Source: a virus | Virus record (IMG/VR): IMGVR_UViG_3300020446_000004 | Span: 1 to 64,000 of that record | Reading direction: 5' to 3' (one strand) | Length of the DNA: 64,000 bases | Part shown: positions 27,601 to 38,400 of the stretch, piece by piece | Layout: each line of letters opens with the position of its first letter | Numbering within the stretch: position 1 is the first letter of the stretch | Notes under the pieces: model-generated | Told to the model about the DNA's origin: nothing | The model's input: only the letters and a program-made list of their open reading frames with translations | The model's database searches: none | Position numbers and translations under genes: made by a program

Positions 27601-30182
27601 TTATTATTACATCAGGTAAAGGAACAGGACAATACGCTTATATCACAGGTTTCAATACAGTTACTAAAGATGCAACTGTAGCAAAGGAATCAGATGATAC
27701 AGCAGGTTGGGATCATATTGTTCCAGGATCAGACTTAGTAGCAGATTTTGATTCTACAACAAATTATAGAATAGAAGCAAGGATTGAAGCTACTCATCCT
27801 GGATTTGTTGCAGTAAACGGAACATTACCAGCCGCAAGAAACTTCAGAGGAGCAACTTGGGGATACCAAACTGTAGATTATACAAATATAGCAATTGGTA
27901 ATGGAACTGGAGATACATTTGATGACGATCCAATACCTGCAAGATTTAATGTGCAAAGAAAAGGCAAAGACTACAATTTGACTAAAACAGTTTCTGGAGC
28001 AGGATATGCAGTTGGCGATACCTTTACAATACTAGGTACTGCACTTGGCGGAGCTACACCTGCAAATGATTGTACAATTACTGTACTCACTGTATCAGAC
28101 GATAGTACAAATGCAATAGTAACGTTTTCAAGTTCTGGCACCCCAAGAGGTAAAAGATTTGTTGCTGTGTCTGATCCTAACTTTGTTGCATATTCAGACG
28201 ATGGCACAACTTGGACAGAATCTAATTTATCTTACACAGGTGATTTTAGAAAAGTTGTAGCTGGACAAGACGCATATGTTGCAATGAGTAATGCAACTAA
28301 CACTGTTAGTTTTTCATATGATGGAGAGACTTGGATAACTAGAAGTTTACCTACTTCAGATAACTGGGTTGATCTTGCATTTGGAAACGGTTACTTTATA
28401 ATGATTGCTGAAGGCAGTAATAATGTTGTAACCAGCCAAGATGGACTAACTTGGACTGCACAAACAATCCCTGACAGTGACGATTCTACTACAGCACAGT
28501 GGCAAAAAATTGAATACGGTGCAGGAAGATTTGTTGCTATTTCAGGAAGCGGAAATCAGTCTGCTGTAACATCAAATGGTAGTAGCTGGACTCTATATTT
28601 AAATGCATTGCCTGCAGGTGATTATGACTTTAGCGGATTTGCATATGGAGATAATAGATTTATTGCAGTAACATTTGACGGCAAAACTTTATACTCTATT
28701 GATAGAGGACAAACATTTAAATCAGGAACAAACATTCCGCAACTTGCAGGAGTTGATTTGCATGTAAAAGATTTCAAATATTTACAAGGTGTGTTTATGG
28801 CTATAGGAGATCAAAGTGTACCTGGAACAGGAGCACCTAGCCCTGCAGCAGATGAGATTGACAGATGTGCGACCACTGAAGATGGAATTATTTGGACGGA
28901 ACGTAATCTAAATAATAATGCAAGGCTTTACAGTACACTCGCAGTAGGTAATCCAAATGGCACTGGTAAATTTATATGTATGGGAGACGGAGCAACATCT
29001 AACGCAACTGCTATTGTTACTACAGGAAAACGTGCAAAATTTAAGGCAAATGTTTTCCAGGGTTCTTTCCAAAATATTCTAATTTGGGATAGCGGAAGTG
29101 GCTATTCAGAACTTAATCCGTGTGCGTTAACAATTACAGACACAACTGTAGTTGTACCACTAGAAATAGATATGAGATACGGCAATGGCGTATTATCTCA
29201 ACCAGATTTTATTAACAGGGGAGCAGGTTATAGAAGTAGTAGTTCCACAATTACAATTACAGGAGATGGATACGCTGATATCATATCCGAAACAAATGAA
29301 GTTGTATTTGATGGAGTAGGCACTGTTCCTGGACCAGGTGTACAAATTAGATTTTCTACATTACCTGATTTAGATACGGAAGATCCAGATGATTTAAAAT
29401 TATATACTGGAGTAAAAATAACTGATTTAGGAGATGATGGAAGTGGAAATAATACTAGAACAGTAAGATTTACCATTAGTCCAAGATTACGTAATGAAAA
29501 CAATATGCTTCATGGTACAGCAGCCACATTAAGAAGCGGGTATAGTCAATGTAGAATTACAGGACACGATTTCCTCGATATAGGAACAGGTAATTTTGAA
29601 GAAACCAATTATCCACAAATTTATGCATCTGGAAACTTTTTTACAGCATCGCCAGAAAATGAAGTTGAAGAATTAAATGGTGGTAGAGTGTTCTATGTAT
29701 CAACTGACCAAGACGGTAACTTTAGAGCTGGAGAATTATTTAGTGTCCAACAGGCGACAGGTATTGTAACAATTAGTGCAGAATTTTTTGATCTAGATGG
29801 ATTAAGTTCGTTATCATTAGGAGGTGTTAGACTAGGTGGGTCTGGTGCTGTAATTAACGAATTTAGTACAGATGCTACATTTAGTGCAGATAGTAATAAT
29901 ATTGTTCCTACACAAAAAGCTATCGCTACATTCTTAGCAGATAGATTATCTGTTGGTGGTTCAGATCTTGAAACAAACGGCATTATAGCAGGTAGAGTCA
30001 AGGTAGGAACAGATACAAATGAAATAAGCATGACAGACGACTCTTATTTAAATGTTAACACTGTAGTAAAATTTGATGGCAAAGATGCAAACAATAATTT
30101 AACAGGTATACAAGGAACAATAATAAGTCAAATGTTGTTTACTCGTGAATATATATCGGAAGTTCAGGGTGGACAAAGTTAA
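24603..30182 (+). CDS. Giant virion structural / fibre protein with CBM5/12-like repeats, beta-helix and propeller repeats
   Basis: 1859 aa. N-terminal W...T.Y..GD.V.YGG..Y.C repeats, GDELR motif, S.DG.TW repeats, C-terminal GGRVFYVSTDQDGNFR.GELF. Confidence 0.8.
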   Translation: MAEFKLDRFRYTWRGEWQESTVYKKDDIVYNGGKSYVCVTAHTSSSNFANESARILPGSNPPQPDPYWIVMVSGKTFSGVYTQGQDYAPGELVFYQGTLHLCTIPHTATSFGEQSTYWEDFIDGIDYVGDWVSGLDYGEGALVKYGGNVYRCVKAHSAGATLEENVSTNKNINCWDMFHPGIEWKGAWATSTLYEKNDIVSFGGAIYECITTHTSAGTQISATDFQIRFTGTKFNNEWDSNTVYSIGDIVRYGGFLYSAVNTNQDSQPSVVTTLNANGDVIKEAVGGDSTKHWIILAKTNDFVGDWSLSGKYQTGDVVQRGGFLYEAVRDINLQDGDDSSATDLDPEVWLLLAKGQRWKAQWTPNTLYSQGDTVYYLGSAYTCTNEHTSSYPTAPGDFAVDLYDYWDLNVQSGRPAALTEKGDLLTYDYWRFDNYEDDSTLGDGRLGIGEQNQILSVTAEQEIFWRNRDYENQLVFVATNGKDQEGYGREWETPFRTIRHACEWIEDNFNPLVPTKVAVAAGDFYEIGPISIPAGCVVMGDELRATTIHATGPIPAYQNDYTFHTAILQRFISLSQNLVQNIPVVISTGNTTEQIRSLPAGSNDAFVFMNSQFLIYKDRIQYLIASGDTNPTMSGTNTKTTDTGLINSVAIINANKEFIVQDCFAYIKNVFPEFTGDLVRIRNDIQSFIRAMTRDLEFPGTYGTLKAADRYARAVLGSGTTDMFYCRDTTGLRNCTIEGLTGGLNPPGVYDIYQRPTGGACVSLDPGWGPADERMWIMKRSPYIQGVTNIGERCFGKVVNGALHNGGNKSMTSNDFTQVLSDGIGAHILNNARAELVSVFTYYCAVGYLAESGGIIRATNGNNSYGSFGSVSDGNDPTETPDAVTVNNRVNEALVDSAFAGGSSDELFLFQYENAGEQYTTADATIVGAGDDANIEYTDFRDGGVFEPRLINTKGSGTEGGSGFKVEANSAQITVDAASTIRLNANTPTQFLSDINGMRIIITSGKGTGQYAYITGFNTVTKDATVAKESDDTAGWDHIVPGSDLVADFDSTTNYRIEARIEATHPGFVAVNGTLPAARNFRGATWGYQTVDYTNIAIGNGTGDTFDDDPIPARFNVQRKGKDYNLTKTVSGAGYAVGDTFTILGTALGGATPANDCTITVLTVSDDSTNAIVTFSSSGTPRGKRFVAVSDPNFVAYSDDGTTWTESNLSYTGDFRKVVAGQDAYVAMSNATNTVSFSYDGETWITRSLPTSDNWVDLAFGNGYFIMIAEGSNNVVTSQDGLTWTAQTIPDSDDSTTAQWQKIEYGAGRFVAISGSGNQSAVTSNGSSWTLYLNALPAGDYDFSGFAYGDNRFIAVTFDGKTLYSIDRGQTFKSGTNIPQLAGVDLHVKDFKYLQGVFMAIGDQSVPGTGAPSPAADEIDRCATTEDGIIWTERNLNNNARLYSTLAVGNPNGTGKFICMGDGATSNATAIVTTGKRAKFKANVFQGSFQNILIWDSGSGYSELNPCALTITDTTVVVPLEIDMRYGNGVLSQPDFINRGAGYRSSSSTITITGDGYADIISETNEVVFDGVGTVPGPGVQIRFSTLPDLDTEDPDDLKLYTGVKITDLGDDGSGNNTRTVRFTISPRLRNENNMLHGTAATLRSGYSQCRITGHDFLDIGTGNFEETNYPQIYASGNFFTASPENEVEELNGGRVFYVSTDQDGNFRAGELFSVQQATGIVTISAEFFDLDGLSSLSLGGVRLGGSGAVINEFSTDATFSADSNNIVPTQKAIATFLADRLSVGGSDLETNGIIAGRVKVGTDTNEISMTDDSYLNVNTVVKFDGKDANNNLTGIQGTIISQMLFTREYISEVQGGQS

Positions 30183-30218
30183 TGATGAATCAACTAAATA
30201 CAGTAACGGAGCAATTAA

Positions 30219-32471
30219 ATGGCAGAATTTAAGTTAGGTAGAATTAGATTTGTATGGAAAAGTAGTTGGACAACTGCTACTACATACTATAAAGATGATG
30301 TTGTAGAATATGGCGGAAAGTTGTACATCTGTGTTATAGGACACGATAGTTCAGCTGCATTCTTTACTGATTTAGATATAGTTCCTACAAAATGGAATAT
30401 AGTAAGTGACGGACAAAAATGGCTAGGAGACTGGCAACCACAAACTGCTTACATTAGAGATAATATTGTACGTTACGGCGCAACAGTTTATATTTGTAAA
30501 ACTGATCATACTTCTGCAGTTGATTCTAGCACAGGTTTAGAACCAGATATTGCAAAATGGGAAGTTTTTGCTACAGGTTTAGATTTCAAAGGTGATTGGT
30601 CTACAACATTTGATTACAAGGCAAATGATCTTGTAAAATATGGTGGATCAACATATGTATGTAACACATATCACATATCAGCAGCCACAGCAAGTTTAGG
30701 TTTAGAAGCAGACCAATCAAAATGGACAATATTCAATCAAGGATTTGATTGGAAAGGTGATTGGGCATATCCTATAAGATATAAAATTAATGACGTTGTA
30801 AAGTTTGGTGCAAGTTTATGGATTGTAAATACCCATCATACATCACAAAGCACTTTCGCTGCAGATAGTTCAAAATGGACAAAGTTTGTTGAAGGTTTTC
30901 AATATGAAAATAGCTTTAGTATAACAAAAGGTTATCAACCTGGTGATGTCGTACAATACGGTGGCAATAGTTACATAGCAAGAAATGATACAATTGGCGT
31001 CAAGCCAGGAGTAATGGGTGGTGCAATTTCTGGTGCATCACAAGCAACAGAAATTGTAATTACAAGCAACTTACATGAACTTTATAATGGAGTAAGAATT
31101 AAAATTACAGGTGTTGTAGGTATGACTCAACTTAATAATAACAAATATTATGTTGGTTCAGTAACTGCAAATACATACAAACTTTATACTGATAGTGCAT
31201 TATCAACAGCAGTAGATTCAAGTGCATTTTCTGCATATACTTCAGGCGGAAACTGGATAGTAGAAGAAGCAGACATAGCAAACTGGAGTTTGTTTGCTAG
31301 AGGTTTAAGATTTATTGGAGATTGGGGAGCTGATTCTACAAATGTACAATATCTTCCTGGAGATGTAGTTAGATTAGGCGGATACACATATCGTTGTATA
31401 ACTGAACATAACTCCAAGCAACCACCAGCAACTACTTATTGGCAAAAATTAAATACAGGATTTAGTTGGCGCGGAACTTGGTTAGATGACCAAGAATATT
31501 TCTTAGGTGATACAGTACGCTATGGTGATAATAGTTATGTATGTGTACTAGGACATATTTCAGAAGGCGATGACGGGTCAACTGGTGATCCGGACAATAC
31601 AGGCGGAGTTTCAGCAGGTAATTCTAGACCAGATCAAGACACAACTGGTACATATTGGAACGTTATTGCAATAGGCACAGAACAAAGTGTATTAACTACA
31701 AAAGGTGATATGGTTTACTATAGTGGTAGTGCACCTGTAAGATTACCAATTGGTCAAGATGGACAGGTGTTAACTGTTGGGTCAGCTGGAGTTCCTAATT
31801 GGGAATTTTTAGGACAAAGCGTTGACGTATATTATGTAGCAGAACATGGCACTGATAATCCTGCTCCTATATACGGAAAAAATATTGATAGACCTTTCAA
31901 AAGTATTAGGTATGCGGCTCAACAAGTTGAAAGAGGTACAAAAGCACCTGATGCTACAAGACTATTGGAGATGAATAGAAGATTTATTCAAAGAGAAATT
32001 GTTGAATGGACTGAATATCAGGTTGCAAATAATATTTCTCCATTTACATCTAGTTTCAAATATGATAGTAAAAAATGTGAAAGAGATATGGGTTATATTA
32101 TAGATGCTTTCATACATGATTTAAGACTTGGCGGAAACGTAAAATCAAGAGAAGCGGCACTTGAATACGTAACTAATCCTGGAAAGTTTTATACGTTAGG
32201 ACAAGAAGCAGAAACAGTGGCAAGTATTAATTATGGAATTAGTTTAATTCAAAAAGTGTTGGCGCAACAAGCACCAGCAACAAATTATCAAACAACAAAC
32301 GGAGACAATTCAACAAGAATTGTTCCACAATATTTTGAAACTGCATTAGGTGCTCAAGATGCAGTAGAATACGAGGGAGTCATCAGCGGTAGTAGTACTG
32401 GTGGTACTTACTCAGATGCGACACCTGGAGGAGGCTATAATCCAGGTGGTGGCAACGGCGGAGGTTACTAA
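30219..32471 (+). CDS. Virion structural protein, N-terminal half of a split paralog of 24603
   Basis: MAEFKLGR start and the same CBM-like repeats; aligns only to the N-terminal part of the 1859-aa protein; ends in a Gly-rich tail. Confidence 0.8.
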   Translation: MAEFKLGRIRFVWKSSWTTATTYYKDDVVEYGGKLYICVIGHDSSAAFFTDLDIVPTKWNIVSDGQKWLGDWQPQTAYIRDNIVRYGATVYICKTDHTSAVDSSTGLEPDIAKWEVFATGLDFKGDWSTTFDYKANDLVKYGGSTYVCNTYHISAATASLGLEADQSKWTIFNQGFDWKGDWAYPIRYKINDVVKFGASLWIVNTHHTSQSTFAADSSKWTKFVEGFQYENSFSITKGYQPGDVVQYGGNSYIARNDTIGVKPGVMGGAISGASQATEIVITSNLHELYNGVRIKITGVVGMTQLNNNKYYVGSVTANTYKLYTDSALSTAVDSSAFSAYTSGGNWIVEEADIANWSLFARGLRFIGDWGADSTNVQYLPGDVVRLGGYTYRCITEHNSKQPPATTYWQKLNTGFSWRGTWLDDQEYFLGDTVRYGDNSYVCVLGHISEGDDGSTGDPDNTGGVSAGNSRPDQDTTGTYWNVIAIGTEQSVLTTKGDMVYYSGSAPVRLPIGQDGQVLTVGSAGVPNWEFLGQSVDVYYVAEHGTDNPAPIYGKNIDRPFKSIRYAAQQVERGTKAPDATRLLEMNRRFIQREIVEWTEYQVANNISPFTSSFKYDSKKCERDMGYIIDAFIHDLRLGGNVKSREAALEYVTNPGKFYTLGQEAETVASINYGISLIQKVLAQQAPATNYQTTNGDNSTRIVPQYFETALGAQDAVEYEGVISGSSTGGTYSDATPGGGYNPGGGNGGGY

Positions 32472-35400
32472 TGGCTACAGTATATGAAACAATACAAGAT
32501 TTAGGAAAAATAATTACGGATGCTGTAACAGCAGGTAACAGTACAAATATTCCTGCAAGGGCAATACGTAAAACACTAATCAAAGTAACAACAGGACAAT
32601 ATAGAGAAGTTCTTCCAATTATTGTTCCTGCAGAATGTTGTATAATGGGTGATGAATTACGTGCAGTAAACGTACAACCACGTAAAGCAACCAACAGCAC
32701 TTTGACACCGAGAAGTGATTACAAATATTCAAGTAAAGCACTTGAGAGAATTGAAAAAGTTGTAGGTAATGTAGCAGCCGGACTTACAATGACCCCAACT
32801 ACAGGGAATACATTAACCCAAACAGTAGCATATCCATACGCAGAAACTCCGCAAGCATGGGAAGGTGTAACTAGACAGGTGCGTGGCATAAGAAGAAGTA
32901 TTGATGCACAACTAGGTGACAAACTTTACGCTGAATTGCCTAAGCCTTGGGAAATGACAAACACTAATGCTGGTAGAGGAAGAGATTTATTTCTTCTAAA
33001 TAAACAATTTATACAAACAGAAACCACCGCATACATAGCTGAAAACTATCCTAATATGAAATATGGTAGAACAAAATGTAAGCAAGATATAGGATTTTTG
33101 TTAGATGCTGTTGCATATGACCTAACATTTGGAGGTAACTGGCAAAGTGTGATCGCAGGTAATGCATATTACACAGGTACACAACTTAATATTCCTGCTG
33201 ATACTAAAGCCGCTACACTGGCCGCATATGGCTTTTTAAAACAGCTTGTGCAAACTGTACAACGTAATATCACTGTGACTCCGTTGCTACAAACTGATGT
33301 TGCACAAATTGCTGGCACAGGCGGTACAGCAAGTGAATCTACAACAATAGGAAACTTGTTCGATGATATTATTGACATAATAGACAATGGAATAGGTGCT
33401 GTATCTATTGTATATCCAAGTGTAGCAAACACAAACGCACTTACTTTTGCAGATTCAAATGACATTGATTCAAATAAGGCCGCAGTAGCACTTGATACTA
33501 TTGATTTTATTAACTACAACTTCGGTAGCTACAAACATGATTCTAGCATATGTCGTAGAGACTTAGAAATATTATCTGAAGGCGCACAAAATGATGTACT
33601 TACAGGGTCAAACTATAATGCATTACAAGCTGGTAGAGCGTATAATAGAGTTTCAAGCACATATTTACTTGGAGCACAAAAAACACAAACAGTTGGTGCA
33701 ATAAGAAAATATAGAGACGAAATAATCGATGATTTGACCGATGCAACATATATTACTAGAACAAGAAATTTCTATAATGAAGTAATTGATATTATACAAA
33801 ATGGTCTAACAGCGGCAAACACTGCAACATTTCCATCGTATAACTCTGCTCAAGATAAACAAGATGCAATGACAAACCTCACAGCAAATAAAACTTTTAT
33901 AGAAGATGATGTGATACAGTATGTTGAAAATACATACAATAATCCTCCAGGATCATTTATATATGATTCAGATAATTTAAGGAAATATGTAGGCGATGCA
34001 GTAGAAGGTATGGCATTTGATATTATGTATGGTGGAAACATAGCACAGGTAAGAACTGCAAAAAGTTTCTTTGATGAGCCCGGAACAGTTAGAGAAGCAT
34101 TCCTAATCACAGGCAAAGCAACACAATATGCTGGCGCACTGACACATATGTCAAGTATTTGTCAACAAATTGTACAAGAGCAAGCAGTTACAAAACAAAC
34201 AGGTAATACTCAAACACAAAGCACTGCCGGTTCTCCTGCAAGTGCGACTGAGGCAACACAGGTTAACACGTTTTTAACTGAAAGTATAAATGCTTTAAAC
34301 GCAGGTGTAGCTACTGGAATAAGTTCAATAACAGAAGTTACAAGCACAGAAACAGGACAAACTGCAACTGATTATGCATTATTTGATACTAACAGGGACA
34401 GCATTATTGCAACAGTATTACAATATGTTACTGATACGTATAACGATTTCAAATACAATCACGCAAAATGTACAAACGATTTAAGTGATATATTTGATGC
34501 GGCTCGCTATGATGCAATGCTTGACACAAATTATGCAAGTATCATAACAGCATTAAGCTATAGAAGAGCAAATAGTGGTAAAACTATAGGAGATCAAAAA
34601 GACGCTACTATCGCAGCACATAAGTTTGCATTTAAACAAATGAAAGCACTTCTGAATGACGGAAGTATTCGTCAAGAAGCAATGACAAGACAATTAGATG
34701 AAACTTTACAATGGATGAACGACATTATGTGGACAGCAAGTCCTGAAGGTGCTAATAAGCAGGTAGCAGATCCTGAAATATATAATTCAAATTATCAACT
34801 AGAAACAAACAAAGAATGGTTAGTACAAGAAGCTATTAACGAAGCAGATCAATGCTACAGAGCGGCTGTATCAAAAGTTGAAGCAAACGGAACTGTTCAT
34901 GTTGCAGATACAAGTTGGTTGACTCCAAATATGGAAGTTAAGTTTTTTAACTATGATGATAGTACAAGTGCAGTAGCTGAAATTGGTACAACAACAGAAA
35001 CAGCATTTTATGTAAAAGAAATTGTAAATGATACGAGCTTTACAGTAAGTACAAGTGTAAACGGAAGTGCATTTACTTTTGATCCTACACAGTCTGCATA
35101 TCAATACAACAAAGGAAAATGTCGTAGAGATACAGGATATATTTTAGAAGGTGTTGGTTATGATATTGCACTAGGAACAAACTATAATGCTGTTACTAGC
35201 GGAAATTTATATAGACAAAGTTATGCAAGCGAAAGTTTTGGAGCTCAACTTGTTCAAACTACAGCTGGTATTAATTTTTCCAAAGCAAGGGTAGCTGAAC
35301 TTTACAAAGTTAGAACAAGCACAACAGGATTATCTAGAGCAAATGCAGCCTTTACAGAAATAGTAGATATTTTGAATAATGGCCTAGGAAACGCAAATGC

Positions 35401-38400
35401 ATTAACATTTCCTGTTCCATCTACAACTTCAACAAACAAGCAAAATGCAGTTGCACAGCTAATTGCAAACAGAGCATTTTTAGGTGCAGAAATCACAGCA
35501 TGGGCAGCGGTCAATCATGGTGGTGTAACATGGACAACTGAACATCAAAATGAAATACTTTATGCAGTTGATGCTTTGTGTTATGATATTATGTACGGTG
35601 GTACAAGTGCAAGTCATAATCAAGCAAGAAATTACGTTATCAACGGAAATAAAAGATATGAAGGTGCAGAGCAAGGAGCAACACAAGGTGCATTTGATAG
35701 GCTAGCAACAGTTGCAAGTCAAGTAATTCAAGAGACCACAGTAACTAAGTCAACTGGTAATTCAGCGACTCAAGATACATCAGGTACAGCGGCCACTGCA
35801 ACTGAAGGCACTCTTGCTCAAACCAATTTACAAATTATTGAAGATGTTATTACATCAGGCAATTTGCCTACAGATGCAGCAACTTATCCTGATGTAAATT
35901 TTGCAAATGCTGATCTTAGAGCGGCACAAATACAAATCAACAATGAAACAAAAGCTATTGCAATTGACACAGTTAGATACTTAGACAATACATATTCTGC
36001 ATTAGTCCAAGTACGTAGCACATATGATTACAGCAAAACTCTTTGTGCAAGAGATGTAAGAGAATATGTTTATGCCATGAAGTGGGACGCTCAATATTCA
36101 AGAAACTGGAAGACAACATATCGTGCTCCATTGATAGGTATTCCTGATAGATCAGATACAGAAATGGATTTCACAGGATGGTATAGATCTGCACTAGCGG
36201 CAAGATTGTATGCTAATAGTGTACTAGGATCACAAGAAGAAGACATGTACTATCTAAGAAATGGTACAGGATTAAGACTTCAGTCCTTGGATGGATTGCA
36301 AGGCGACTTACAATCTGAAAATGCATTTGGAACTAGAAGACCAACCGCAGGAGCATACGCTTCACTTGATCCAGGTTGGGGTCCAAAAGATGAAAGAGTG
36401 TGGATTACTGCACGTTCACCATATGTACAAAACGTTTCAACATTTGGCTACGCCGCTGTAGGTCAAAAGATTGATGGTGCATTACATGATGGCGGTAATG
36501 ACTCAATTGTTTCAAACGACTTTACACAAGTTATATCAGACGGTATTGGTGCATGGTTGCTTAACAACGGTAGAGCAGAACTTGTGTCAGTGTTTACATA
36601 CTATGCACACATAGGTTACTTGTGTGAAACAGGTGGTAGAGCTCGTGCAACAAATGGTAACAATTCATACGGAACATTTGGTTCAGTCGCTGAAGGTGTT
36701 GATCCAGATGAAATACCAGTAACAGCAATAGTTGATAATTCTACACAGTATAATGCAACAATAAGCAATGTGTTCACGAATACAGACGAATTGTTAAGAT
36801 TAGAATATTCGCATGCTGGTAATGATTACACAGAAGCAAAAATTGATATTTTTGGTGCTGGTACAGGTGAAGAATTAATAGCTGACGAATTTAGAGACGG
36901 AGCAATACATAGAATAGAAATTGGAGAAACAGTAGAATCTCCAAGTAATGCAGGTGGTACAAATTATACTATTGTTTCTAATACAGCACAAGCAGGAAGT
37001 TTAACAGATATCAACTTAGCAGCCACAGATGGTAGTTTGTCAAGTGCATATGTAGGTATGGCAATTTATATTACAGGTGGTGCTGGAGTTGGTAACTATG
37101 GTTACATTACATCATATAACTCAGGTAGTAAATTAGCCGCTGTAAGTAACAGATATGGTGTAAGTGGATGGAGTCACGTGGTTCCAGGAACAACTATTGT
37201 TGCTCCTAATAGTAGTTCAACATATCAAGTTGAACCAAGAATAGAAATACCAGAGCCTGCTAATTCTGCCGATGCGGCTACAAATATTGGTACTGATACA
37301 ATCAATAATGTTGAATTTGTAGAAACAGCGGCACAATACACAGGTGTTGCTTCAGAAAGTAATGGTGATGGTTCAGGCGCAACATTTAATGTTACACGTA
37401 ACGGAGCAAAATATTATGTAACAGTCGCTAATGGCGGTACAGAATACACAAGACTAGATACTACAACAATATTAGGTAGTAGTTTAGGAGGAGTTTCTCC
37501 AGATAACGATATAACAGTTACAGTGACCACAGTTAATGCAACAACTGGAGCTGTAGTAGATTTTGACTTTGCAGGAATAGGACAAAAAGGTTATTTTGTT
37601 GCCCTTGCAGATGGTAATTTTTATTTAAGCACAGATGGTAAAACTAACAACTGGACAAATAGAGTACGTGCAGGAAATCATTCAAAATTAGCAAGTGCTT
37701 TACAAAACGACGGATCAACTACATTTAAACCACACGCAGTTGTAGCAACAGCACCTAGCACAACTACACTACAAGTTTCTACAGACGAAACACTCACAAC
37801 TTGGACATCAATTGATGCAAACGGAATATCCACAGCTGGTACAGAAATGAGTGTAGCACACGGATATGTAGGGTTAGGAACAAATAAGTTTGTTGTTATA
37901 AGTAACGGCGACCAAGCTATTTCATATTCTACAGATGGCGGATCATCATGGACAGGTGTGTCTGCGGCATTACCTGCTACAGGATTTAATGCAATAACAT
38001 ACGGCAAAGGATTGTTTGTAGCAGTCAAATCAGGATCTAATGAAGCGGCAACATCAGTAGATGGAGAAACATGGACAGCAAGGACTCTACCACAATCTAA
38101 AGATTGGGAAGATGTTGTTTGGGGTAACGGAATATTTGTTGCTATAGCATCACAAGCAGGCGCAAATAACTTTGCATATAGTATAGACGGAATTACTTGG
38201 ACATCAGCAAGTGCTCCTGATGCAACAAAGCAACCAAGCGGCCTTGCATACGGACAAGGTGTATTTGTAGTAACATACAGCGATGACGAAACAAAATTTG
38301 CAGAATCATATGATGGTGTTACATGGTTTGACAGAACTGGATTAACAGATATAGGTGAAAGCGTTGCATTTGGAAATCCATGCACAGCAGGAGCAACAAC